Assembly (NCBI RefSeq): GCF_018977255.1
Contig: NW_024704742.1
Coordinates: forward strand, 109,122,001 to 109,186,000
Direction: 5' to 3'
Length of the DNA stretch: 64,000 nt
Origin: Callorhinchus milii
Lineage: Eukaryota
Below are positions 50,380-62,633 of the stretch, one piece after another. A model generated the notes under the pieces. The model had not been told where the DNA came from and did not search any database. It saw only the letters and a program-made list of their open reading frames with translations. A program made the position numbers and the translations under genes. The stretch's first letter is position 1, and the number at the start of each line of letters is the position of its first letter.

Positions 50380-52330
50380 AAGACCATAAGACCAGGAGTA
50401 GGCCATTTGGCCTCTCGAGCCTGCCCTGCCATTTAATAAGATCATGACTGATCTTCTAACCTAATCCCATTTACACCCCTAATCCCATATCCATTAATCT
50501 CTCTATCCTTTAGAAATCTATCAACCTCAGTCTTGAATATGTTCAAGGACTGAGCATCCACAGGTTCTGGGGTAGAAAATTCCATAAATTCACTACCCTC
50601 TGAATGAAGAAATGTTTCCTCAACTCTATGACCCCTAGCTTTAGATTCTCCACCCAGGGGAAACAGTCTCACGGCATCTATCCTGTCAAGACCCTTAAGA
50701 ATCTTGTAGGTTTCTATAAGATCACCTCTAATTCTTCTATATTCTAGAGAATATAGGCCTAGTTTACTCAACCTATCCTCATAGGTCAACCCCCTCATCC
50801 CAGGAACCAACCAATTGAACCCCCTCTAAGGCGAGTATGTCCTTTCTGACTTAAGGAGACCAAACTTGCACACAGTATTCTAGGTGCGGTCTCACCAAGA
50901 CCTTATACAACTGCAGCAAGACTTCCCTACTCTTGTACCCTAAACGTTTGCAACAAACGCAGCATGGCATTAGTCTTCCTAGTTGCTTGCTGTACCTGCA
51001 TACTAACTTTTTGTGACTGGTGTACAAGGACACTCAAATCCCTCTGAACACTAACACTACCTAGTCTCTCCCCCTCCAGAAAATAATTCGCTTTTCTATT
51101 TTTACTACCTCGGTGAATAACTTCACACTTCCCCACATTATACTCCGTCTGCCACTTCTTGCTCACTCACCTAGCCTGTCTATTTCCCTTTGCATTCCTT
51201 TTGTGTCATCCTCACAGCTTCCTCTCCCTACTATCTTCCCAGTCTTTTTTAGCCTAATCTTCTCTCATACCTGCAAAGTTGGCTTTATTTAGATTTAAGA
51301 CCCTTACTTCAGATTCAACTATATCACTCTAACTTAATGATAAATTCCATCATGTTATGGTCACTCTGCCCTAGAGGAGCCTTAACTTCAAGACTGCTGA
51401 TTAGCCCTATTTCATTACACAAAATAAGATCTAGGATAGTCTGTTCTCTGGTTGGTTCCTCAGCATACTGTTCTAGAAAACTACCTCTAATGCATTCTAT
51501 AAACTCATCCTCTAATTTACCTTTGGTAATTTGGTTTTCCCAGTCTTTATGAAGATTGAAATCACCCACTATTAGTGTATTCCCCTTGCTACATGCTCCT
51601 CTAATTTCCTGATTAATACCCTGCCCAATACTGTAACTGCTGTTTGGATCATCCCGTTCCTACTTCAAATTCTTCTCCAGCCCTGAAGAGAGATCCTTAA
51701 CCCTAGCGCCAGCAAGGCAACAGTCTTCGTAACTCATGGCTGCAGCTGCAGAAAAGCGTGTCTGTCCGCCTGACTGTCTCATCCCCTATCACGACTTCCG
51801 TTTTGCTCCCCCCACTTGTGTGGCTTCTGTATAGAGGTGCTGGGGTCAGTTTGCCCATCCTCCTCCTTACAGACTTCCTTGTCCACACAGGTTGCAAGTA
51901 CCTCGTACCTGTTGGACAAGGTTAAGGCCTGAGGCTTCTCCACCACTCTCTCTGGGGTCCCCTTACCTGCCTGACTGTCAGTCACACTGTCCTGTCCCTG
52001 ACTAGTAGCAGGATCTATACATTTACTGAGCCTCAGGGGAGTGATCGTCTCCTGGATGAAACTATCCAGGAAGCTCTCACCTTCCATAATGTTGCGCAAT
52101 GTCTGCAGCTCGGATTCCAGCTCAGCTACTCTAAGATGGATCTTCCTCAGTTGCAGACACTTGCTGCAGATGTAGTCATACGGGCTCAGGCTGCCCTCCA
52201 TCAACTCCCACATACTGCAGTCACCGACAACACCTGCCATGCCATTCTCTCCTCTCTCTCTCACTCTAGATTATGCTTTTTATTTAAGTTTTTTTTAAAA
52301 AGTTTTTTTTCTGGTTCTGTCTTTTGAGTG
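50380..52330 (-). mobile_element. Internally deleted CR1 retaining ORF1 (Cys motif, coiled coil, esterase remnant), endonuclease end and 3' end
   Basis: CSMWE...ICSKCLQL...RVAELESEL; VVIGD; MGDFN...PTRE...LDLIL...SDH; VRPHLEYC; RRIRGDLIETYKI. Confidence 0.88.
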
Positions 52331-52910
52331 CGACATCACGTTGATGTCTCTTGTCGTTTTTCTGCAGATACTCACTCCGCCCTCCGAGTCAGCGACTGCT
52401 TACCTCGGCTAGGCTTTATACATCCTCTATGCCTCCCTGCGCTGTCCTGGCTCCAACCTCCGAATTTATACAAAGATGTTTTATGGTCTTAAGTACAACA
52501 GTAAAGTTATTGATATTAAATACAATTTATATTTCTATAGTACCTTTCACATCGAGAGGACATCTCAAAGTACTTAATACAACAAGCTGGGATCCCAAGC
52601 CAAGTTGGGGAGAGGAAGGGAAGCTGAAGGCACCATCAAAGATGCAATTCATCCAGAAGTAACTCACATAATCGCCTCATAACAAGAAACCTCAGAAAGC
52701 CAGTTGTATGCCATTTCAAAAGCTAGCACCTTTCATCAACTATTAAGTTGTATCTTTTGGTTTACTAACTACTAGAAATGTTACATAAGTTACCCTGTAC
52801 TTTGCTTTATTTGTTTGGTGTGAACCACAAAAGAAATACAGCATTGACTACTGTGTATGACCAGAAATAACCTTAAAAAAGGTACATATCTGAACCCAAG
52901 ATCTGCATTA

Positions 52911-53140
52911 CAAACAAAAAAGAAGTCGCAGGGAACACTCGGCAGGTCAGACAACATCTATGGAGAAAGGAAAGTAAATCAACTTTTCGGGTCCATGACC
53001 CCTCGTCAGAACGGTTCTGATGAAGGGCAGTGGACCCGAAACGTTGACTCACTTTCCTTTCTCCTTAGATGCTGCCTGACCTGCTGAGTGTTCGCAGCGA
53101 CTTCTGTTTTTGTTTCAGATTTCCAGCATTTGCAGTTCTG
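52911..53140. mobile_element. Penelope-type palindromic element with head-to-head hammerhead-like cores
   Basis: About 100-bp inverted arms centred on TCAGAAC-G-GTTCTGA; CTGATGA...CCCGAAACGTT on +, CTGACGA...CCCGAAAAGTT on -. Confidence 0.75.
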
Positions 53141-53757
53141 CATTTCAATTATGTTTACCCACAGTCAATCCATTTTACAGTATTTCCTGTGAAGAGCTTT
53201 CAAACATCTCGACCACATGATAAGGTGCTATACCAAATGCAAGGATTATTATTATCTCATGGTCAATGATGAAACATGAGCATTAAAAATGTATGAAAAA
53301 TATTTAATTCATTCATAGAAATATTTTACAGTTGGGAATACAATCACTCTTTGAATTAAAGTTTTGCTAAAGCTGCTCATTTTGGTGAAACCCGACAACA
53401 AATATTGCAGATTGTATTATTAAAGCATTGATTGCAAGAGCATCTTGAATAACATTGAAAAGCAAACATATGATTTACATATTCTCTACTCATACCAATT
53501 TGATGCTTTATTGAGTGGAATTATAAATCAGGTTTCCTGCTCCATATTGCTGGGCATTATGCAACTGAACTCTAACAGTATAAAGGTGCTATACAAATGT
53601 AATTCTATATTGTATAACTAAAGAATTACTTTGTAAAATGTTAGTCACAAAATGACATTCAAAGTACATTGTGTTAGAGTACAAAAGTGGAACTGCTGCC
53701 TTGGTTCTATTGGTAATATTGTGTTTATATGTATCTGCAGAATTTATTTTACCATAC

Positions 53758-53887
53758 CTGCTCGAGAAGGACAGCAAATTGGAGAATTGCTGTAGGCATT
53801 TAGAAAAACAGCACCACGATCTTTCATGAAATTTATGTTGGGAAGTTCAATTGTTTGGTTCTTTGGGGCAAACGTCAACCTTCCATC
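53758..53887 (-). CDS. ARSK: ARSK exon 2 (DGRLTFAPKNQ...NSPICCPSRA) with the formylglycine CxPSR motif
   Basis: Translated by hand; TAG acceptor, GTATGG donor, 130 bp. Confidence 0.95.
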
Positions 53888-55049
53888 CTAGAATATTACA
53901 AATAGCAAATATTACAAAAACTGAATATGATAATAATCCTTGCACTTGATATAGCATCTTTCACACTAGGAGGTCAACTCAAAAAGCATTTCACAGAATA
54001 TAATGCAGTGAGACTTTCAACTGAGATGCCGTCCACCTTTTCAGGTGGCTGCTAAAAGTACAAAACCCTTGTTCTTACCTTCAAGGCCGTCCACAGTCTT
54101 GCACCCCCTAACCTCTCCGACCTCGTAACACCATATCAGCCTTTCCGCCCCCTCCGCTTGGCAGACACCGGCCTGCTTCAGTTCCACCACACTTCCTGCC
54201 CCACCATTGGCGTTCAGGCAGACAGCATCTCTGCCCCCAGATTCTGGAACTCTATCCCGCAATCACCCCCTCTCTTGCCTTCAATTCCCGTCTGAAGACC
54301 CTCCTCCTCGATCGTGCCTTTGGCCACTCTCCCACCCCTCCTGACCCCAACTTGGGACCAAAACCCCTGATTGTCCAGCGGCCCGGGACGTCTTTCGGAC
54401 GTGAAGGGCGCTATACAAGTGTTAGTTTGTTGTTGTAGTAAACGATCCCGTGACAGAATTTGGAAAGGAGCTTCTCCCCAGCTTCCTGACCAACAATCCT
54501 CCAAATGGGTTGGGTCATTCGCGGGACCTCGCCACGCGTGCACACATCCGCTGCTTTGTTTGCCCACAATTACATAATCACCGCAATTGGCAGAAAGATT
54601 TTAAGGTTGTGGGCACGTTAGCCGTTAGATTAAATGGAAGTATTATGAAATTCGGAAGTCCTACTTCTCTCGAAGGCGGTTCCTGTTCTCAAACCCCACC
54701 CCCCCCGCCCCCACAACTTGGTCCGGATCTGCAATTTAGTCAAGTGGCAATTACATTTCACCCCTTTCAGGCAGAGAGGGAGGGAGGGAGGAGGGAGGGG
54801 AGGCACAGGGCAACTCGAGACTAGAAATGTAGTATCTGGTGCCAAGTCAGGTGCCAGACTCACTGAGCTGCCAGTACGGCGCAAACACACTGCCAAGACA
54901 ACAACCAAGAAACTTCCAAGCAACGATGACAACAATACATCTTTTCATTTGATATATCGCCTCATCTCATCGTCGAGGTGTCAGGGCAACTTTAAAAGAT
55001 GTCAGTGTTCAGTGCTGCGTCTGCATCTGTCCCTAGTCCCAACGTCAAA

Positions 55050-55680
55050 GCTCTTGCCAAACACACTGCTGAGCACCGAGCGGGGAACACACCACCCACT
55101 GTTCCCTGCGGAGCCTCCCATCCTCCCAGGTCTCCGGACGTCAAAAAGCGCTCTTACCAGCGAGTCGCAGGTCACCAGCACCACGTTAGCGCCGCCGCCA
55201 TGGGGCCACCTGCCGTCTGCCTGCGGCGCCACCGAGAAGCACAGCGCGAGGGCAACCGTTACGGCGGTTGCGGTTTGACCGTTCAAACTCTTTGCCATCT
55301 CGCGCTCCAGCCCAGCCGCCAGCGCCGCACTACATCTCCCGGCACGCACCGCGGGGAGCGCCAGGAGCGAAAACACCACTATCACGTGCAGCGCTCCGAC
55401 AAGGCGGATTGAGGGCGAGAGGCAGGAGCTCTGCGATTCGTGGATAGTAAAGAGTTAGGTTGAGGTTGAGATGGGCTTGGGTCGCATTGGCCCTCGTCAC
55501 GTGGTTGCGACGTGTGTCGGGTACCGTGGAGGCTGCCGGGATTGTAGCCGGAGCCGGAGAGACGAAAACGATGGCTGCCGATGCCGCCGCCGCCGGGTTT
55601 CCTCTCGTTTATTAAACGGTAAACGTACAGCAGAGCCGCGGGCAAGACTGCAGCCAAGGGAGGACCATTGTTTAAATCAG
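55050..55680. promoter_or_regulatory. CpG-island bidirectional promoter of ARSK and TTC37 with two CACGTG E-boxes
   Basis: Dense CpG in an otherwise CpG-poor window; head-to-head genes; CACGTG at 55383-55388 and 55498-55503. Confidence 0.8.
55158..55298 (-). CDS. ARSK: Arylsulfatase K exon 1 (MAKSLNG...signal peptide...NVVLVTCDSL)
   Basis: ATG at 55298, hydrophobic signal stretch, sulfatase N-terminal NVVLV-x-x-D motif, donor GTAAGA at 55157; 141 bp, phase 0. Confidence 0.85.
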
Positions 55681-56768
55681 TGATTTTTAGGTTATGTTAA
55701 AAAAAAAAAAATTTTAAAAACAAAAGGGAGTCAATGTCGGGCGTATTGTTGGTGGAGCGGGGCCGGGGTTTATGTTTAATTTAACATCGCTGCCCGACAC
55801 AGCCCTCTTCCCCCTCTCTCCCCTCCTCTCCGCAGCGGCTCTCCTACTTCGTAAAAGTTAACTCTGGCCGCCTGACAGCTTCGGGGGGTGGGCGGTGGTT
55901 GTCGTTGTTGTTCGGGAGGGCAGTGCCGCCCAAGGCCGTCGGTTAAAGGGAAAGCGTCCAGGGAGCGAATTCCTTTTTTTTTAACACGAACGGACGCCGT
56001 CGCCACATTTGCTCAGCAAATTTCCTTCCAAGTGAAAGGGGCTGATCCTTGTCCTCCTCCCCCCTCCCCCCCCAATCGTCTGTGGCCTTTTAGTTGTACT
56101 GCGCCGGGCCTCCGTGCGAAGCCATTCCGAGTTTAAAATGATATGGGGGTTTTGCAGCAAAGCAGAGCTGTGCTGTCACCTCGAGGTGATTTCCCGATTC
56201 CTCTTCCCTGTTGAGAGGCCGTCAGTGTGTCACCGAATGCGTAACGGTACTGAGCAGCTCTTGAATGTCGTCCTGGATAAAGGCATCTGAGGTTGGAGGA
56301 GTGCGCAGAGATCAGTGGCCAAAAGGGATACGATTTTCAGTCAGGATTGTTGCCAGATCTCGCCGGGGCCGCAGAGCCTGTGCTACAACAGGCATTAGGA
56401 CCTGTGAGAAAGAAGCAAATAATTAAAGGTCCCTGAATATAAATATAAATATAAAAAATTATATAAATATAAATAACCAGGAAATGCGGTATATTCTCCA
56501 ATAACTTCAATCGCTCTCTCGTGTTCTTGAACAGATATTTGCCTATTCCATTCTACGCATTTACTGTTTTGGTTCATACATTTCAGAATGGATCATTTGG
56601 TGAGGTATGAGAGGGTTGCCAGTTGCTAAAGAACCATTGCAACTGAAAAATACTAATTGAGGAGGAGGTGGGGACACATTGGCAAAGATTAGGTCTGAGA
56701 GGCATTTATGATAGAGTATCTTTAAGAATCAATCAAAATGCGTATCATACGCTTAATTAAGTTAACTA

Positions 56769-57125
56769 TGGAATCCCGTAGCATAGCGGTTTTCACTTTT
56801 GCCTCACAAAGTGAGAGGACCTGGGTTAGATTCCCCGGCGGGCCATAACCTTAGGCAAGTTTCCTTACTCCACACACCTCTTGTTTACCTAACAGTAAGT
56901 AGGAACCTGGTTGTTAGTAGATCGGCAGATTGCTTTCCGGGGGTAATAATCCCTCAAAAAAAAATTGGTCATTCAATCCGTGATTGTTTGTTGAATACTG
57001 CTGTGTGCAATTGACTGCTGTGTTTCGCACACAACATACACAATCCACTTCACAATATATTCTGTGAAGCGTTTAGAGACGTCTCAGTGACGTGATGAGG
57101 CACTATATCAAATGCAAGGATTATT
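56769..57125 (+). mobile_element. SINE, older copy, in the TTC37 5' intron
   Basis: Diverged head, core and tail. Confidence 0.8.
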
Positions 57126-58099
57126 TTTCATTATAAAATCAATATAATTTTAGAAAATCATGGTATGGATCATGTCATTATCCCAACCGAATGCTGACAA
57201 AGGTCTAAATGCTTGGCACCTAGTGGGAGAATGCCTGATTTACTGCTTTGGATTGGGGATGAAGGGAAGATACATTTTCTGGAGTGAAGCTGGCTAGGTT
57301 AGGAAAATGATGAAAGATGAATATCGGAGATTTTATTTGGGTATCCAGAACCTTTCCTCAGGATACAGTGAATGGGATCTAGTTCTTGATGGCCTGTGGA
57401 ATGAGCAGGTATGATGAAAGCTCAATGTCCTCCTCTAATACCATACTTTGTGTGTAAAAACAAAAAAAACTGGGTAAATTGAGGAAATATAAATGCTGCT
57501 GGTACTTTATAAAATTTTAGTGGTGTGCCTCCTGTGACCATCATCCTACAACATAGTGGAGTATAAGTGACGAAAAACCATGTTTTGTTTTTGTTAATAA
57601 ACTATTATACCTTGGAAACCTTATCTTGATGTGGGAATCCATAATGGCCGAGGTGCCTTGTACGTTTTTCTTTTTCCAGCCTGCATTGTACATTGTAATT
57701 ACATTCTTTCATTGTAAGGTATTGTGATGTTGCAAATGCACTAAACAAATTATTATTCTATCAAGTGCTTTTTTAAGTTGCAATATAATAATTTTATTGC
57801 ATTGGATATTACACCTTTCATATCAGGTAGACATCTCACAGAGCTTCACCAAATTTACTGCAAAGTGATGTAATTGTGTATTTTGTAAATGAATACAGCA
57901 GCCAATTTGCACTTAAGGTCTCAAGACCTTTCTCTTTGACCGTGCCTTCAGCTCCCCTCTCGACTCTCTACTCACTCCTCGCTCCCTCCCTTCCCTCCCC
58001 TCACCCTGACCATTTGCCCCCTGCTCGGGTCCCGACCCAACTGTCCAGCGCCTTGGAACGTCCTCCCGACGTGAAAGCGCTCTATAAATGAAATGTTGT

Positions 58100-58410
58100 T
58101 GTTAGCAAAGTTCCACAAACAGTCATGAAGTGAATAACAAATTTTATTTGAGTATTGTTGGGCCAGGACACTATGGAAAATCTCTTTTCCTTTCATCCAC
58201 TACCAAGGGGTCTGCTACGTCCATCTGAACAGGGAGACTAGATTTTGGTTTAATGCCTCATTCGAAGGGGACACGTTGAACAATGCAACAAACCCCCAGC
58301 AAATCATTGGAGTGTCAGCCTAGAGTTCAGGTACGAAGTCCTAGTGTATAGCTTGAACCCACAACCTTCTGATTCGAAGGCAAGTGTGCTACCACCTGAG
58401 CCAGGCTGAT
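58100..58410 (-). mobile_element. Old Deu-domain SINE (SacSINE1/AmnSINE-like); relatives near 30850-31170, 32940-33250 and 48880-49150
   Basis: Reverse of GGTTGTGGGTTCAAG...CTAGGCTGACACTCCA core. Confidence 0.65.
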
Positions 58411-58509
58411 GATGCTTTGTATCAGATGCAGTTAAATTTAGCCATAAGGCTGGTATATGTTAATGTAATATATTGTGTAATAATTCTTATTTTGTATGTT
58501 ACAGTGAAA

Positions 58510-58599
58510 ATGTCCAGTAAAGAAGTGAAGATCGTCTTAAAAAGTGCAAGAGAAGCTATCAGAAATAAAGAATATAAAGAAGCCCTGAAGCATTGCAAG
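58510..58599 (+). CDS. TTC37: TTC37/SKIC3 (SKI complex TPR subunit) first coding exon [30 protein letters not shown]
   Basis: Recognisable vertebrate TTC37 N-terminus; acceptor CAG ending at 58504; donor GT at 58600. Confidence 0.95.
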
Positions 58600-59616
58600 G
58601 TACTGGAAGGCAATTGTCAGCTATTTTCTGTAATGGGATTAATTTAAATTGCCTGAACACTGTATTTCTTTCTAACTGAGCCAAACTTGTACAGAAGTTG
58701 CATCTGTAGAGCTGGATTTCGTGAATATTTATATGCTTATAACTTTGTATCCTGTAAAACAAAATGTAAACAGCTATTTTGAATCTTATTGAATTACAGT
58801 AATTGGATCTGTCTTTCTTCAAAATTTGATGGAAGTATAACCAAACTATCCCCATAAAGAATATCTAATAAAATGTTAAGAGGAGTAGAAGAGCAAAGAC
58901 CCTAGAAGTTGATATAAATCACTTGCTAAAGGTGAGAGGCAGATGGACACAGTTAATGAGATCTTAGCTTTTATGAATAGGGGCATAGAATATATAAAAC
59001 CAGAAGTTATGCTTAACCTGATCTGCCACACAAATTATCTTTCCCCAAAGCCATTCATAATCTATAGAATGAAAAATAGCCTCATTTCCCAGTATAGGCT
59101 GGGGAATATTTCACTTTTCCGGTGTGGGTGCTTGTTGTTTACTTGAAACCCTAATAAAGAAATTATTATTCTATTATTAGGATCAAGTATAATACAATTT
59201 GATTATACTTTGATGCTATACATTTTGTTTGTATATTCACTATATTTTGTTGCAAAATAAAATTCCCCTTCTCTGCCTAAGTAATTTATCTCAATTCTAA
59301 GCTTAGATGATCATTTCCTACTGCAGCATCGTATTCCCCTCACATCACCGTTTTGAACACCAATGGTTTCTGCAGTATCTTCGAGTTATCTTTATATTTT
59401 CACATGAAGAAAGCAACTTGATGCTATGATTGGGGAATGGCAGGGTGGGTGTTCTGGAAGGATAAGATCAGATGGGGTGAAGGGATTTCTTCATCCAAAT
59501 AAATCTTGTGATCTTGTGAAAGCAATGCCTTAAGAATGTGTCCAAACTTAGTTCAAAACATCCAGAGTAACGCTTCTTTCTGAACTATTACTGCTTGCTT
59601 TTTTCTAATTGAATAG

Positions 59617-59811
<195 letters not shown>

Positions 59812-60496
59812 TGAGAAATGTTTTATTTTAGAAAATACATAAAGGCATAAACTGCAAATTGTGCCCTGAAGCAAACAACAAGATTCCATTTATAGAGCGC
59901 CTTTCACGTCGGGAGGACGTCCCAAGGCGCTGGACAATTGGATCATAATGGTGTACTTGCAAAGTACAGTGTCAAATAACCTCAGGCCTGTACCTACTTA
60001 GCATTTCAGGGATAAATGACTTGTGGTCTTATCTTACATATATCAGCAGCTGTGTTTTTTAGATATTTCTATACATATTTTAAAATATAAAAGTTGTTTC
60101 ATTGTCACCACCTGGTGGCTATTTTTGCACAGTGGTTTATTTTTCTACATTATGACATCATAAACTTTCATTAAACTAATTCAATGTTTTAAAGCCTGAT
60201 TTTAATATAGTCACTTTCAGTAATATCCCTTCATTGCATTTTGATTGCCAGTATCAAGTGCAACTAGAAAACATTCTAATCAAAATAAACTACTGTTTTC
60301 CTGACAAATAACATCCTGTTCGTACTTAATGAGAAAGAGAAAAAATATTCAAACATTAGTCTCATCAGTAGTCTCGTAGTTTTCAACAAATAAAAATTGA
60401 TTAGTAGAATTTATATTCTCTTTAAATTTCAACATTTTTTTTATGCACTGAATGGGATAATTAAATTAAGTTAAATGTGATTTTTTTTAATTTCAG

Positions 60497-60588
60497 GGAT
60501 TGGTAAACCTATACGAGAAGAACAATCTATCTGATTGCAAGCATGATCTATTAGCAATTTACCAAAAACTCCTGAAACTGTATGAAAG
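60497..60588 (+). CDS. TTC37: TTC37 coding exon 3 (GLVNLYEKNN...YQKLLKLYES)
   Basis: CAG acceptor, GTAAG donor, 92 bp. Confidence 0.92.
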
Positions 60589-61902
60589 GTAAGCTGCTAG
60601 AGTTTATTGTACAAGCACGCATAAATAAAAGTGCAATAATCCAGTCTTGCATATTTCAATATTCTTAGGCTCTGTTTACCTAGCTATAAGTAGGAACCCA
60701 GTTGTTAGTCGATTGGTGGATCACTTTCCGGCAGTACTAAGCCCTTTTAAATTTTTTAAAAAAAAAACTCTTGTGGACACCTGCTGTGCGTAACTAGCTA
60801 CCACATTTCATCCACAAAATATACAGTAAATTTACTTTACAGTATATTCTGTGAAGCCCTTTTAGACGTCTCAATGACAGGATAAGGCTCTCTATCAAAT
60901 GAGGATTAGTGTTGTAAGCTTTTTAAAATTGTATTGTGGCCAAGGATGGTGAATGTCTAGATTCTTGCTGCAACCTTGGTTTTCAGATTGTTTATTGTGA
61001 TGGGCATTAGACATACAGTATCATACACAAGAAAGACCTTTTGTTCTCGCATATTAACGTGTCATAATGCACACAATAGTAGTAGTGAACAGACATATTA
61101 GGCTGCAGAGCTTTTATTGCAGGTAGGAGCAGTGGGGTGTCCAAAAATAGAAAGGGCAGTGACCAGAAACCATGTGAGTTTATGTGCCCAGGTGACATCA
61201 GGAGCTGATTAGTGATAACTAAAAGGTTTGCCTTTCTTAAATTCTGTATGTACTATATTGTAAACCAATTGGAAGAATTCCTTTATCTTCAGTATGCAGT
61301 GATTCAAGCATCTCTCAGAAGATTCACAAACAACATGCTGTTTCCATTCTTGTGATTTCATGAAAGTCAATTGACTGTTCTGGAAGAGCAGTGTATTGGC
61401 CAAATGCTGATGTTGAGAATTAGTTTGATTAAACCAAGGATGCGAGGTTATAATTCATTGTAGAAACTTGAAAATTTGGAACCTTTGTTGCTGGAACAGA
61501 AGATTAAGGAGAAGCTAGTCAAGGTTTTTTAATTATGGAATGGTGTACCATCACCAAAAAAAGTGACTGTTTTTATTGAGTAAACAAGGGGGTATATATT
61601 TCACTAATACCTATCTCATAAATCAATATTCTGCAACAGTAGTTCAGTCAAATAGTCAAAAATTATTAAAATCTGGGATCTTTACCATGTATATGTGTTG
61701 AAGCCAAGTCCAAAACCTCACTTTCTTCAAAGAGAATTGAAGAAATATTTGGATGAAAAATTATATTAAACAGAATGGGCAGGGGGACAGGATTGTAATA
61801 TATGGATAGCTATAGTGGAGGTATGAGTTTAAAATTGACCTAACATAATTGTATAATTTTTAAAATCATGTAATGATTATTCCAATTATTTCTGTTTTGT
61901 AG

Positions 61903-61978
61903 CACTGAAAAACAGAAATGGTATGAAGTCTGCCAAAAGTTAGTTGATTTATATCATCAAGAAGAGAAGCCTCTAGAG
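61903..61978 (+). CDS. TTC37: TTC37 coding exon 4 (TEKQKWYEVCQKLVDLYHQEEKPLE)
   Basis: TAG acceptor, GTATGT donor, 76 bp; restores phase 0. Confidence 0.92.
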
Positions 61979-62492
61979 GTATGTATGCAGAAACTTCAAA
62001 AGAATAGAAACCATTTTGTCCTCGCTTTTGTCCGCGCTGCGAGCGGCTCCAGGATGGAGATGGGAGGAATCACATTGTGATTGATTGACAGTAGACTCCA
62101 GCCATTCATAAGCAGCTGGAGTTGGGCTATCAATCAATGAGGGAGCAGAGGACCGGGGAAGAAACAAGGGAGGGAATAGGAGGAGTCAAATCACAATTGA
62201 TTGATACCTGGAGCTGTTTGTGAATGGGTGGAGCCATCCATTCACAAGCGGCTGCGGGCCGTCAGTCACCTCAGAGATGCCGCTAATTAGTCCCTTTCCC
62301 ATCCAATGGGGACAGCAATGGGTGGGAAGAAGTAATTGAAGTTCGGTTACCCACCAATGTTGCTTAAGCCAGACAAAACTGGCGGTCACGATGTGTCATG
62401 CTATACGGGCTTCTGCTCCAGTTCAATTTAGTTTGTTAAAATAACTGTTGAAAGTGTTTGAAGGGTCAATTTTTTGTCCTCCTTTTGCACAG

Positions 62493-62633
62493 GCTGCTAA
62501 AACATGGAGGCGCTTAATACAGATGAAACAAGATGATGGAGTTGGTAAGGAAGAACTGCATCAACTGTGGAAGAAGATAATTGAGATACTTTCAGACAAT
62601 ATAGAGAATCAGGATAATGGGAGCCAAGAAATG
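62493..62633 (+). CDS. TTC37: TTC37 coding exon 5 (AAKTWRRLIQMKQ...NGSQEM); the gene continues beyond the window
   Basis: CAG acceptor, GTAAAC donor, 141 bp. Confidence 0.9.

Noticed and set aside
51779..52264. 161-aa ORF as a novel zinc-finger/coiled-coil host gene
   Set aside because: It fits CR1 ORF1 and is contiguous with CR1 esterase, endonuclease and 3' remnants.
55299..55385. 29-codon N-terminal extension of ARSK in the ORF track
   Set aside because: It starts at a non-ATG codon. The ATG at 55298 directly precedes the signal peptide and gives a normal-length protein.
56176..56189. 14-bp perfect palindrome TCACCTCGAGGTGA
   Set aside because: A few palindromes of this length are expected by chance in 64 kb, and there is no supporting context.
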